DNA from: Macrostomum lignano
Taxonomy: Eukaryota
Length of the DNA stretch: 64,000 nt
Direction of reading: 5' to 3'
NCBI GenBank assembly: GCA_002269645.1
Contig: NIVC01003477.1
Coordinates: 32,015 to 96,014 of the forward strand
Below the pieces are notes generated by a model. It was not told the origin of the DNA. It did not search any database and worked only from the letters and a program-made list of their open reading frames with translations. Position numbers and translations under genes: made by a program. Shown piece by piece: positions 1 to 14,100 of this stretch (position 1 is its first letter; every line of letters starts with the position of its first letter).

Positions 1-3000
1 GGGACAAAGCCGCCAAAGCCGCCGCCGACGCCGAGGAAGCTGCCGCTCGCAAAGAGCGAGTCAGACGGCGGCGAGAGGAGCGGGAACGTCAGGAAGCTGC
101 CGAGGCGGCCGCCGCAGGCACCGCCCCGCTCGATGCCGCCGATAAGCCCGAAGATGATGCCGCGTCTGCGAGTGTTCCTGCCGCTGCAGCTGCCGCTGCT
201 GATGAAGATAAAGATGCTAGCGATTTGCGTCCAAAACGACGCGGTGGAAGGCTGCGTCAGGTGTGTTAAATAATATTCCGATTATAGGCTAACCTACTGC
301 TAGCGGCTTCCTGAACTCCCTTATTCTTATTCCTAAACTACTTGTTGATATCATTGCAGGCTGTCACTACAGACTCATTACAGGCTCAATACAGACTCTC
401 ACTACAGACTTTCACTACTACAGAATCTCACTGTAGTCTTGCTACAGAATCTCACTGCAGAATCACACTACAGACTCACTAGAGTCACTACAGACTCACT
501 ACGGACTCAGTACAGAATCTCACTACAGACTGAGTACAGAATCTCACTACAGACTGAGTACAGAATCTCACTACAGACTGAGTACAGAATCTCACTACAG
601 ACTCAGTACAGAATCTCACTACAGACTCAGTACAGAATCTCACTACGGACTCACTACAGACTCACTACAGACTCAGTACAGAATCTCACTACAGACCCAG
701 TACAGAATCTCACTACAGACTCAGTACAGAATCTCACTACAGACTCAGTACAGAATCTCACTACGGACTCAGTACAGAATCTCACTACAGACTCACTACG
801 GACTCAGTACAGAATCTCACTACAGACTGAGTACAGAATCTCACTACAGACTGAGTACAGAATCTCACTACAGACTGAGTACAGAATCTCACTACAGACT
901 CAGTACAGAATCTCACTACAGACTCAGTACAGAATCTCACTACAGACTCAGTACAGAATCTCACTACGGACTCACTACGGACTCACTACAGACTCAATAG
1001 ATTCTTTGAGTCCCGTCCTTCTCACTTTCTCAAACCAATATCAACTCAACTAGGTTGAACCGGTAGACCAGCCGAGCGGCGTCGACAGCAGCAAGACTGC
1101 CGACGACAACGCCAAAAACCAAGCCGATTCCGACACCGAAGAGCCGGCGTCGGCGTCAGCCGCCAATCGACATCGACTAAATCGCCGACATCGTCGACGT
1201 AGCAGTGGCGGCTCCGGCGACTTCAACGAAGAGGACGGCAAAGAAGAGGACTACTATAGCGAGCGTCGCCGACGTTCTAGACGACATCGTCGCGACGTCG
1301 ATGATCCGACATCGGCCGCCGCTGTCGCGGCTGACGACCAGCCCGAGGAGAATAGCTCCGACCGGAAGCCGAAACAGAGATCGTCCTCTTCCGGCGAAAG
1401 ATCGACTGCCGGCAAAACCGGGCGTCGGCATCGGCGGCTGGCACCGGCAGACGACGCCACTGAAGGCGACGGCCGGGCAGCGGCGGCGGCGGCGGCGGCC
1501 CCTCCGGTTGGGCTGTTCGAAATCGGCGCTGGTCCCAAAGGGCGAGGCGACGAGGCCGGCGGCGGCTCTAGCAGGCTGTCCAGTAAGTCGATTGTCTGAT
1601 CCCATTTATCCCCTCTCTACTCACCTGTCTGATCCAATTATCCCCTCTATTCTCACTTGTCTGATCCCATTTATACCCTTTTTACTCACCTGTTTGATTC
1701 CATTCATCCCCTTTTTATTATTCACCTGTCTGATCCCATTCATCCCCTTTTTACTCACCTGTCTGATCCCATTTATCCCCTTTTTATTATTCACCTGTCT
1801 GATCCCATTCATCCCCTTTTTAATCACGTCTGATCCCTTTTATCCCATTTTTATTATTCACCTGTCTGATCCCATTTATCCCCTTTTTATTATTCACCTG
1901 TCTGATCCCATTTATCCCCTTTTTACTCACCTGTCTGATCTCATTCATCCCCTTTTTATTATTCACCTGTCTGATCCCATTCATCCCCTTTTTATTATTC
2001 ACCTGTCTGATCCCATTCATCCCCTTTTTACTCACCTGTCTGATCCCATTCATTCCCTCTATTCTCACCTGTCTGATCCCATTCATCCCCTTTTTACTCA
2101 CCTGTCTGATCCCATTTATCCCCTTTTTACTCACCTGTCTGATCCCATTTATCCCCTTTCTACTCACCTGTCTGATCCCGTTCATTCCCTCTATTCTCAC
2201 CTATCTGATCCCATTTATACCCTTTTTATTATTCACCTGTCTGATCCCATTTATCCCCTTTTTACTCACCTGTCTGATCCCATTCATCCCCTTTTTACTC
2301 ACCTGTCTGATCCCGTTCATTCCCTCTATTCTCACCTATCTGATCCCATTTATACCCTTTTTACTCACCTGTCTGATCCCATTCATCCCCTTTTTATTAT
2401 TCACCTGTCTGATCCCATTCATCCCATTTTTATTATTCACCTGTCTGATCCCATTTATCCCCTTTTTATTATTCACCTGTCTGATCCCATTTATCCCCTT
2501 TTTACTCACCTGTCTGATCTCATTCATCCCCTTTTTATTATTCACCTGTCTGATCCCATTCATCCCCTTTTTATTATTCACCTGTCTGATCCCATTCATC
2601 CCCTTTTTACTCACCTGTCTGATCCCATTCATTCCCTCTATTCTCACCTGTCTGATCCCATTCATCCCCTTTTTACTCACCTGTCTGATCCCATTTATCC
2701 CCTTTTTACTCACCTGTCTGATCCCATTTATCCCCTTTCTACTCACCTGTCTGATCCCGTTCATTCCCTCTATTCTCACCTATCTGATCCCATTTATACC
2801 CTTTTTATTATTCACCTGTCTGATCCCATTTATCCCCTTTTTACTCACCTGTCTGATCCCATTCATCCCCTTTTTACTCACCTGTCTGATCCCGTTCATT
2901 CCCTCTATTCTCACCTATCTGATCCCATTTATACCCTTTTTACTCACCTGTCTGATCCCATTCATCCCCTTTTTATTATTCACCTGTCTGATCCCATTCA

Positions 3001-3736
3001 TCCCCTTTTTATTATTCACCTGTCTGATCCCATTCATCCCCTTTTTACTCACCTGTCTGATCCCATTTATCCCCTTTTTACTCACCTGTCTGATCCCATT
3101 CATCCCCTTTTTACTCACCTGTCTGATCCCATTCATTCCCTCTATTCTCACCTGTCTGATCCCATTCATCCCCTTTTTACTCACCTGTCTGATCCCATTT
3201 ATCCCCTTTTTACTCACCTGTCTGATCCCATTCATTCCCTCTATTCTCACCTGTCTGATCCCATTCATCCCCTTTTTACTCACCTGTCTGATCCCATTTA
3301 TCCCCTTTTTACTCACCTGTCTGATCCCATTCATTCCCTCTATTCTCACCTGTCTGATCCCATTCATCCCTTTTTACTCACCTGTCTGATCCCATTTATC
3401 CCCTTTTTACTCACCTGTCTGATCCCATTCATTCCCTCTATTCTCACCTGTCTGATCCCATTCATCCCCTTTTTACTCACCTGTCTGATCCCATTTATCC
3501 CCTTTTTACTCACCTGTCTGATCCCATTCATCCCCTTTTTACTCACCTGTCTGATCCCATTCATCCCCCTTTTTACTCACCTGTCTGATCCCATTCATTC
3601 CCTCTATTCTCAGCTATCTGATCCCATGTTTCTCTGCTGTCTGATTTATCATCAGTTATTAACATACAACATTTCAGAATTGCCACCGCTAAGAGGTGCC
3701 CAGCCGAACACAGATGAAGCGGATCCTCTTACTTAA
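1..3736 (+). CDS. 3' part of an unknown low-complexity, charged Ala/Arg/Asp-rich protein; exons <1-260, 1054-1582, 3678-3736
   Basis: Open frame from base 3 (DKAAKAAADAEEAAARKERVRRRR...RLRQ). Donor GT 261, acceptor AG 1052-1053 (phase 0). Donor GTAAGT 1583, acceptor TTTCAG 3677 (phase 1). Last exon reads KLPPLRGAQPNTDEADPLT*. No recognisable domain. Confidence 0.7.
361..995 (+). repeat. Intronic minisatellite, 24-bp unit CTCACTACAGACTCAGTACAGAAT
   Basis: Tandem units read directly; fills intron 261-1053. Confidence 0.95.
1592..3627 (+). repeat. Intronic minisatellite, 33/36-bp unit CTCACCTGTCTGATCCCATTCATCCCCTTTTTA, with a 579-bp higher-order duplication
   Basis: Tandem units. The rare variant GATCTCATT recurs at ~1938 and ~2517 (offset 579). 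Confidence 0.95.
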
Positions 3737-4119
3737 AACCCGATTTTACATCTTAAAATTTCCCTTCTTTGAAGAACCTGAGTAACTATTTTTATTACTG
3801 TGATCCAAGTGGAAAGAAAAAGTGATATAATCGTACAATTGTTCACTCTTTCTTTAATAATTCTTACGTAAGTTCTCAGCTATTTAAAATATAATTTTTA
3901 CTCTCGCTTGCATTCCCTAACTTAACTTTAACACTGTTTCTGCGTGTAGTTTTTTTGTGTTTTTTTGCGAATCATTGGCACCTTTTAGCTGTATATTGTG
4001 AGTTGTTTTTTATTTTGTAACTAATATTTTTTATGTACTGGTATGCAACAAATGCATTCTGATAAAATTCTTGCAAAAAATATTCTTTTTTTTTCGTTTT
4101 GATGCTCAGGTCCAATCTT

Positions 4120-4597
4120 TGGTCTTAGAGTCCCGATCCTGAGTCTTAGAGTCCCGATCCCCAGTCCTATAGTCCCGATCCTGAGTCTTAGAGTCCCGAT
4201 ACTGAATCTTACAGTCCCGATCCTGACTCTTATAGTCCCGATCCTGAGTCTTAGAGTCCCGATCCTGAGTCTTAGAGTCCCGATCCTGAGTCTTAGAGTC
4301 CCGATCCTGAGGCTTAGAGTCCCGATCCTGAGTCTTAGAGTCCCGATCCTGAGTCTTAGAGTCCCGATCCTGAGGCTTAGAGTCCCGATCCTGAGTCTTA
4401 GAGTCCCGATCCTGAGTCTTAGAGTCCCGATCCTGATTCTTAGAGTCCCGATCCTGAGTCTTAGAGTCCCGATCCTAAGTCTTAGAGTCCCGATCCTGAG
4501 TCTTGGAGTCCTGATCCTGAGTCTTAGAGTCCCGATCCTGAGTCTTATAGTCCCGATCCTGAGTCTTAGAGTCCATCGAGTCTTAGAGTCCCGATCC
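4120..4597 (+). repeat. Minisatellite, 21-bp unit GAGTCTTAGAGTCCCGATCCT
   Basis: About 22 tandem units between gene 1 and STRIP. Confidence 0.95.
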
Positions 4598-5146
4598 TTT
4601 AGTTTCTCTTGGAAAGAAGACTTAGTCTTCTATCTGTGTCATTGTTTTTTGCTATTTAAAAAATTAAAAAACTGTTATATGTGTACAAGTTGCTTGCTTT
4701 CGTTATATATTCAGTTGTCCGTCCAGACCAAAAATTGATATCTTTGAACCAGAAAATCCGTCCGCTCTATTATTATTCTTGATCTTGAAATATTATTACC
4801 CAACTGCCGCAACGGCAGGCTTTTCCGAGCTGCACGCAGCAATGTAAATATTGTTCTCTGCGTATTTTACATCAAATACTTTCTTAATTTTAACTTTGCT
4901 ATAGTTTCTATTTTTTACGGCGCAGATATTTTATGAGCTAAAATCGAAATAAAACAAAATTTTTAGAAGTTAAGAAAGCTTCGTTGAATGCGTTTTTTAT
5001 TTTTTTATTAAAAATCTTCATTACACTACTGATTCTAATTTGAACAGTAGAAAAATGCTAACATTGTTATCTAAATTTGTATACTACTTTTAATCGTTAA
5101 TTTTTTCAGCCTATAACAGAGGGAAGCTACAAAGCAAAAAAACCGC

Positions 5147-8100
5147 ATGGAAACCATTGACGCAGTCGACATTGAGTCGTCGTCGTCTTTGCCAGCAGTC
5201 GCCGATATGGAAACGGAGGAGAACTCTCTGCCAACAGTGGCGGCCGCTGCCGCAGACGAAGTTGCCGAATTAATTGATACAGGCAACGATTCGCAGTCAT
5301 CGACAGCGGCGTCGGAAGCGGCTTCCTCCTCCTCCTCATCGACGTCGGTTTCGGCCGCAGCTGCAGCCGCCTCCGCCGTCGCCGCTAGCGATCCACAGTC
5401 CGGCGACGAGGCCGCTCCAGGAGCCGCTGCCGCCGCGCCGGCCCAGGATCTGGAGTTTGTATACGCCGATGCCGACGAATATTCGGTTGAAATAGCCGAG
5501 CTGTACACCTACACTGAGGAGGCCGACCTGCGGGCTAATCAGGTCGCTTTTGATCAGCTGTTCGACGAGTTTCATCAGCACGATGAGCAGAAGCAGCAGC
5601 ATCGCTGGACTAAGCTGGACGATCCATCTAGACGGGCTTTTATCGAGCGCCTGTTGAACATGCTGGACCTGGGCGGCGGCGGTGTCGGTTCAGAGGATCG
5701 GCGCAAACGCCTGTCGGCAGTTCGAGCCCTGCTGTACATTGCGCAGGGTAATTGGGGAGAATGCGACCTGGAGGAGGACCAGCTCAGGTGGACTCTGCAC
5801 AATGCTCACCTATTGCTAGTGAGCGGCGCTTATCAAGGTGTCTGCCAGCTGCTCTGCATGGAGATTGACGCTCCAATGGCTTCGTCGTCTGCTGTGCAAG
5901 CTGCTGCGGCCAACTCTGCTGGCGGTTCCGCTGCTGCCGCTGCTGCTGCGGCCGCCGCCGCCGCTGCTGCCGCTGCTGGTAAGCTGATGCACTATTAGCG
6001 CCCATCTCACGTTTGAGATGGTTTAGTCTTGAAAACTGGTGGGAAACACCAGCATCTCAGCTTAGCTGAAAATCGTCCCTGAGCTTACCCTGAAAATCGC
6101 CCCTGAACTTACTCTGAAAATCGCCCCTGAACTTACTCTGAAAATCGCCCCTGAAATTAGCCTGAACATCGCCCTGAACTTACTCTGAAAATCGCCCCTG
6201 AACTTACCCTGAACATCGCCCCTGAACTTACTCTGAAAATCGCCCCTGAAATTAGCCTGAACATCGCCCTGAACTTACCCTAAAATCGCCCCTGAACTTA
6301 CCCTCAAAAAATCGCCCCTGAACTTACCCTAAAATCGCCCCTGAACTTACCCTGAACATCGCCCTGAACTTACCCTAAAATCGCCCCTGAACTTACCCTG
6401 AACATCGCCCTGAACTTACCCTGAAAATCGCCCCTGAACTTACTCTGAAAATCGCCCCTGAACTTACCCTAAAAATCGTCCCTGAACTTACCTTAAAAAT
6501 TGCCCCTGAACTTGCCCTGAAAATCGCCTCCTGAGCTGCCCTAAAGTCGCTCTGGTTTGACCCAAAATTGCCCCTGAACTACCCCGAAAACCGCCTTTGA
6601 ACCACTCCGAAAACTGCCTTTGAACTACCCCGAAAACCGCCTTTGAGCTACCCCAAAAATCGCCCCTGAACTGCCCAGAGAACTACGCTGATATACCTGG
6701 CATTTATGTAGAATCGCCCATCAACTACAGGCGGCAATTATCCCGGCAAAAAGTCGGGATCAGCCGGCGGCCAATCCGGTCCCGGCGGCAGCGGCAGCAA
6801 CATAACGTTGAACGATTCTACTGAGCTGCGCCTCATGCTCAGCCTGCTGTACATTCTAGTTGAAACTGCGCGCTGCTTTCCGCACGGCGATCACGCCGAA
6901 GGATGGGCCAAGGCTAGGGAGCACCTCATTCAGGAGCTGCAGGTAAGGCGTAATGGGATTTATTTATTTTTTACTTCAATCTTAGCCTAAACTCTTCTAT
7001 TAATAGTTTTCCACCGCTCAACCTCATTCGGCACCCATATCTATCCTACTATATTTTAGCTGCTGTAGCTTCTACCTCAATTAGACATTCACCCATCTAA
7101 TTTATCTATTTACCTCTAATCTAATGAGCCACCCACCTCTGCCCTGATTAGCTACCAACCTCTGACCTAGTTAGCCACCCACCTCTGCCCTAATTAGCCA
7201 CACACATCCGCCCTAATTAGCCACCCACCTCTGCCCTAATTAGCTACCAACCTGTGCCCTAATTAGCCACCCACCTCTGCCCTAATTAGCCACCCACCTC
7301 TGCCCTAATTAGCCACCCACCTCTGCCCTGATTAGCTACCAACCTCTGCCCTAGTTAGCCACTCACCTCTGCCCTAGTTAGCCACCCACCTCTGCCCTAA
7401 TTAGCTACCAACCTGTGCCCTAATTAGCCACCCACCTCTGCCCTAATTAGCCACCCACCTCTGCCCTAATTAGCCACCCACCTCTGCCCTAATTAGCCAC
7501 CCACTTCTGCCCTAATTGGCTACCCACCTCTATCCTAATTAGCCACCCACCTCTGCCCTAATTAACTACTCACCTCTGCCCTAATTAGCCACCCACCTCT
7601 GCCCTAATTAGCCACCCACCTCTGCCCTGATTAGCTACCAATCTCTACCCTAATTAGCCACCCAGCACCTCCACCCTATCTAGCCACCCACCTCTTCCCT
7701 AATCAGCCACCCACATGTACTCTAATTATCTGGTTATCAACAGATCTCTGCCCCAGTCAGTCACACCTCTGCAACGATCATAGCTAATTATCAATTAAAA
7801 CATTTCTCTCCCGGCAGGAGCCAATCGTTGGCGAAGACTGCCTGGCCATCCTCCTATTCAACATGGTGACCAAGTTTTGCAGCAGCGCAGCGCCACACTA
7901 CCCGATGCGAAAGGTGCTACTGCTATTGTGGAAAGTTGTACTGTTAACCCTTGGCCCGCTGCCGGAGTTGCACAAGTGCAAGAATGAGCTCAGAGAGCGA
8001 CACGGCCTGGCGCCAGTCACGGAAGAGACTGCCACAGTGTGCGCCAGGATGCGAGCCTCCAGCCCGCCAATGTCTGCTGCGGATATGTTCGACCAGATGC

Positions 8101-11100
8101 CCAGGCGGAGGGCTAGCCGGAAGTCGCTGGCTCCAAAGGATCCGGTGGCTGGTGAGGCGGAGTCAAGGCCCTACGGATATGACTACTCATATAATGAGCA
8201 CTGCGAGAATGTCTACATTTCCGTGACAATGAGCAGTCAGAATGACTAAATTTCCTTGACAATGATCAGTGTCAGAATGACTAGATTTCCTTGACAATGA
8301 GCACTGTCAGAATGACTAGATTTCCTTGACAATGAGCAGTCAGAATGACTAGATTTCCTTCACAATGAGCAGTTAGAATGACTAGATTTCCTTCACAATG
8401 AGCAGTTAGAATGACTAGATTTCCTTCACAATGAGCAGTTAGAATGACTAGATTTCCGCGAAAATTTTCTGCAGGCGAAGATCAGCAGCCAAACCAGCAG
8501 CAGCAGCAGCAGCAGAGCCGGCGCAACCAAGCCAGAGGCGATCTGCTTCTGCAACAGCAGCTCCAACAGCAGCAGCAATCCCGCTGTCTGCACTGGCGTC
8601 CGAAAGTGTCCGAACGCGATCTGGAAGCCTACCTGCAACAGGTGCGCGCTAAATTTGTCGGCTTCCGAGTGCAAGGCGACTTAACCAGCCTTGCCGGCCT
8701 CCCAGCCCCCATTCACGAGAGCGTTAAAGTGCTGCGGCAGAATCTCTACGTCAGCCTAGCGGAGATGCAGATGCGACAAGAGCGGGACATTGTCAGCTAT
8801 CCGCTTACTAAGGGCCGAGCTGAGGTAACTTTGTGTGTGTTTGCTTATGTGGGTTTTAGCAGCTTCCTTAACTCATGCTGTCACGCGTTACAAACGCTAT
8901 GAGTGATTCTATAGCATCCCTTGAAGGAATCAGGAACATACAGAAAGGAAAATTAAGCTTTAGAGCTTTAGAACCGGGTGCTTTAGCACCAGGGGCTTTA
9001 GCACCAGGGGCTTTAGCACCAGGAGCTTTAGCACCAGGGGCTTTAGCACCAGGGGCTTTAGCACCAGGGGCTTTAGCACCAGGGGCACCAGGGGCTTTAG
9101 CACCAGGGGCTTTAGCACCAGGAGCTTTAGCACCAGGGGCTTTAGCACCAGGAGCTTTAGCACCAGGGGCTTTAGCACCAGGGGCTTTAGCACCAGGGGC
9201 TTTAGCACCAGGGGCTTTAGCACCAGGGGCTTTAGCACCAGGGGCTTTAGCACCAGGGGCTTTAGCACCAGGGGCTTTAGCACCAGGGGCTTTAGCACCA
9301 GGGGCTTTAGCACCAGGGGCTTTAGCACCAGGGGCTTTAGCACCAGGGGCACCAGGGGCTTTAGCACCAGGGGCTTTAGCACCAGGAGCTTTAGCACCAG
9401 GGGCTTTAGCACCAGGAGCTTTAGCACCAGGGGCTTTAGCACCAGGGGCTTTAGCACCAGGGGCTTTAGCACCAGGGGCTTTAGCACCAGGGGCTTTAGC
9501 ACCAGGGGCTTTAGCACCAGGGGCTTTAGCACCAGGGGCTTTAGCACCAGGGGCTTTAGCACCAGGGGCTTTAGCACCAGGGGCTTTAGCACCAGGGGCT
9601 TTAGCACCAGGGGCTTTAGCACCAGGGGCTTTAGCACCAGGGGCTTTAGCACCAGGGGCTTTAGCACCAGGGGCGCCAGCACCAGGGGCGCCAGCACCAG
9701 GGGCGCCAGCACCAGGGGCGCCAGCACCAGGGGCGCCAGCACCAGGGGCGCCAGCACCAGGGGCGCCAGCACCAGGGGCGCCAGCACCAGGGGCGCCAGC
9801 ACCAGGGGCGCCAGCACCAGGGGATTTAGCACCAGGGGATTTAGCACCAGGGGATTTAGCACCAGGGGATTTAGCACCATGAGCGCCAGCACCAGGGGCT
9901 TTAGCACCAAGGGCTTTAGCACCAAGGGCTTTAGCACCAGGGGCTTTAGAACCAGGGGCTTTAGCACCAGGGGCTTTAGCACCAGGGGCTTTAGCACCAG
10001 GGGCTTTAGCACCAGAGGCTTTAGCACCAGGGGCTTTAGCACCAGAGGCTTTAGCACCAGGGGCTTTAGCACCAAGGGATTTAGCACCAGGGGGTTTAGC
10101 ACCAGGAGCTTTAGCACCAGGGGCTTTAGCACCAGGAGCTTTAGCACCAGGGGCTTTAGCACCAGGGGCTTTAGCACCAGGGGCTTTAGCACCAGGGGCT
10201 TTAGCACCAGGGGCTTTAGCACCAGGGGCTTTAGCACCAGGGGCGCCAGCACCAGGGGCGCCAGCACCAGGGGCTTTAGCACCAGGGGCTTTAGCACCAG
10301 GGGCTTTAGCACCAGGGGCGCCAGCACCAGGGGCTTTAGCACCAGGGGCTTTAGCACCAGGGGCGCCAGCACCAGGGGCGCCAGCACCAGGGGCGCCAGC
10401 ACCAGGGGATTTAGCACCAGGGGATTTAGCACCAGGGGATTTAGCACCAGGGGATTTAGCACAATGAGCGCCAGCACCAGGGGCTTTAGCACCAAGGGCT
10501 TTAGCACCAGGGGCTTTAGCACCAGGGGCTTTAGCACCAGGGGCTTTAGCACCAGGGGCTTTAGCACCAGAGGCTTTAGCACCAGGGGCTTAAGCACCAG
10601 GGGCTTTAGCACCAGAGGCTTTAGCACCAGGGGCTTTAGCACCAAGGGATTTAGCACCAGGGGGTTTAGCACCAGGGGCTTTAGCACCAGGGGCTTTAGC
10701 ACCAGAGGCTTTAGCACCAGGGGCTTTAGCACCAAGGGATTTAGCACCAGGGGGTTTAGCACCAGGGGCTTTAGCACCAGAGGCTTTAGCACCAGGGGCT
10801 TTAGCACCAAGGGATTTAGCACCAGGGGGTTTAGCACCAGGGGCTTTAGCACCAGAGGCTTTAGCACCAGGGGCTTTAGCACCAAGGGATTTAGCACCAG
10901 GGGGTTTAGCACCATGGGCTTTAGCACCAGCGGCGCCAGCACCAGGGATGCCAGCAAGTATTACTGGGAGCTCGCATTAAAGAGAACAAGAGGCTTATGA
11001 TATCGTTGAACTTTATTTTAAGACCTAAATTTCGCTCTAAATTTTCTTACTCAGGTAATACCTGACACCCCAGCCGAGCACCTCTACCGGCAGATGATGC

Positions 11101-14100
11101 CGCACATACCGCAGTACATGATCGCCCTACTCAAAGTACTGCTGGCTGCTGCTCCGACTAGCAAGCCGAAAACTGAGACTATCAATCTGGCATCGGATCT
11201 GCTGCCGGCTGCCGACGGCATGCCGCAGACTCTGGTGCAGTCTCTGAGGCTTAGCGTTGATGTTAATAGGCACAAGGAAGTGATTGTCAAGGCTATTTCG
11301 GCTCTGCTGCTGCTGCTGTTGAAGCACTTCAAGGTTTGTTAGTGTAATATATTGAAGCTAAAGGCTTGTAGTGAATGCGTAGGAAAGTTGAACGTGGAGA
11401 GCCAGTACACACAACCGGGCTCTTATATGACTTGTTTATTCTTATTCATCAACCCTAGGACTAAAGAGGGTGGTTGGCCTGACTGCTCAGACCCCACCAT
11501 GCTAGCCACGCGTAAAACGCAAACAACCCGACGCAGTGCACATGCACTGAAACACACTAGCCAATCAGCGCGCACGCAAATACTAACTAACTAAGAATGC
11601 ACAAAGCATAATATTGCAATAATAAAAATACACTAGCATATCGCCACAATGTCACACTTCCCCCCTGAGTCAGTTCTCCCCTTCACAGCTGAAGTCTCTG
11701 AGGTGGGCCTCGAACCCTCAGTGGGTACCGCCGTGTAGTGCCCGGCTCGTGTCGCACGCCGCTCGCATGCTCGTCGTCAGTGCCGGATGACGCCCCACAG
11801 GCCGTGTCGGCGACGGCTGCGGCGTCAGCGCTTTGCACGCCGCTGTCACTCGGGGCGGCGCCGTCATCCGTAGCAGGCGGCGGATGGACGGTGTCGGCGG
11901 AGTCAGCGCGGGCTGCCACCAGCTGATCAGCGTGCCGGAAGTGCTGGCCTCGCTCCGAGTCAACCGTGTAGTTGCGGCTGCCGGCGCCCGTGACGACACC
12001 CTCAGCCCAGCGTGGCGTGTCGCCGGCTCTCGCGCCGGCGCTGTAGTCGCGGAGGAGGACGTGATCACCCGGCTGAAACTCGCGCGCTGGTCTGCGTCCC
12101 TGCAGCTGCCGCTCTTGCCGCCGTTGGACGTCGTCAGCCAGCGACGGTGCCAGGAGGTCCAGACGGCAGCGAAGCCGACGGCCGATGAGCAGCTGACTCG
12201 GGGCTGCGCCGCTGATGCTGTGTGGGGTGTTGCGGTAGCTGAGCAGCAGTCGCTGAAGCTCGACGTCAGAGTGGCCGCTCTTGAGCAGATGTCGCTTCAG
12301 GACTTGCACAAACCTCTCGGCCTGGCCGTTGGTGGCGGGATGAAACGGCGCCGAGAACACGTGACGAATGCCGTTGGCCCGGGTAAACTCGGCGAACTCG
12401 GCGGAGGCGAACTGCGGCCCGTTGTCGGACACCAGGGTGCGCGGAATGCCTTGGCGCGCGAACATCTCCCGCAGAGCCGCGATGGTGGCCGCCGACGTTG
12501 TACCGCGCATCCGCTGGACCTCCGGCCACTTGCTATGAGCATCGACTACCACCAGGTACGTATGACCGTCGACCGGACCGGCAAAGTCGATGTGCAGGCG
12601 CTCCCACGGTTCGGATGGCAGAGGCCACGGTTGCACCGGCGCCTTGGGCGGGTCGGGCTGGTTGAGCTGACAGGTGCGGCAGGACTTGGCCGCAGCTTCC
12701 AGATCGCCGTCGAGGCCGGGCCACCACACGTAGCTGCGAGCCAGGGCGCGCATTCTGCTGATGCCGGGATGCGCCTGATGTAGCTCTTGAATCACGCGTC
12801 GACGCAGCGCTGTAGGCACAACGACCCTTGCGCCCCACAGGACACAGTCTTGGTCGACTGACAGCTCCGACTGCCGCCGGGCGAAGTCGCTCAGGTCGTC
12901 GCCGATGGGCGCACCGGTCTGTAAGCAGCGAAGCACCCGACCGAGTGAGACGTCTGTCCTAGTGTGCCGCGCCACCGCCAGCGCCGTGATGGCCGATCCG
13001 GAGCCCTCGTCGAGCAGCAGCGAGTTGACGGCCGGCTCCTCCTCGAACAGGTGCGGCAGCGGCAGCCGCGAGAGCGAGTCGCAGTTGGCATGCTTTTCGG
13101 TCGGCCGGAACTCCAGCGTGTAGTCGTAGCTCGACAGCCGAATGGCCCAGCGCTGCATCCGGGCGGCCGCGTGTGCCGGAATGCCCTTGCGCTCGCCCAG
13201 CAGACCCAGCAGCGGCAGATGGTCGGTGACGATGGTGAACCGCCGGCCATAGAGGAACTGGTGAAACCGGTGCAGACCAAACATGATGGCCAGCGCCTCC
13301 TTGTCCAGCTGGGAGTAGCCGCGCTGCGCTGCTGTTAGACTGCGGCTGGCGAAGGCGACCGCGCAGTCCTTGTCGTCGATGCGGTGCGTCAAGACGACCC
13401 CCAGGCCGTAGGGAGAGGCGTCGCACTCTAATCGCAGCGGCAGATTCGGATTGTAGTGCACGAGAACCGGGGACTCGAGCAGCAGCCGCTTGGCCTCTGC
13501 AAATGCCTGTTGCTGCGGTGGCCCCCATGACCAGCGGGTGTTCTTGGCCAAGAGCTGGTGGAGCGGCGCCAGGACGGTAGACAAGTTGGGCAGGAACTTG
13601 CAGTACTGCGCTAGCATGCCCAGAAACGAGCGCAGCTGGCTGACGTCCTTGGGTGCTGGCGCGTCCTGGACGGCGGCGACCCGGTCCGGCAGCGGCTTGA
13701 GTCCGCTGGCGTCGATCCGATGGCCGAGGTACTCAACAGAGTCTTCGAAGAATTTGCATTTCTCTTTGTTGAGTCGCAGGCCGGCGTCCTTCAAGCGCCG
13801 CAGGACCAGCGCCAGGTTCCTCTTGTGCTGTTGCAGGGTGCTGCCGGTGACCAGAATGTCGTCGACGAAGACTTGGACGGCATCCAGGTCTCCCAGCAGG
13901 GTGTCCAGGGTGCGTTGAAAGATCGCGCTGGCGCTCGTTATGCCGAATGGGAGGCGATTGACCTGGAAGAGGCCTCTGGGCGTGTTGATAGTGAGAAACG
14001 CCTTGCTGTCGTCGGCCAGAGGAAGCTGCAAGAAGGCGTTGGACAGATCGAGCTTGGTCCACTTGCAGCCGCCGCCGAGCTTGGCGAAGAGGTCCTCAAT

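Noticed and set aside
439-3736. Long ORFs 439-1053 and 1205-3736 (843 aa) and their antisense partners
   Set aside because: Translations of intronic arrays. The 843-aa ORF is out of frame with the real exon 2; only its last ~19 codons are genuine coding sequence.
8875-11000. (APGAL)n, (VLKPL)n and (STRGF)n ORFs suggesting a repetitive structural protein
   Set aside because: Stop-free 15-bp array inside STRIP intron 4; the flanking exons splice in frame without it.
11352-11594. 80-aa ORF duplicated at 15691-15933
   Set aside because: Incidental antisense frame in the LTR, TTG start, no domain.
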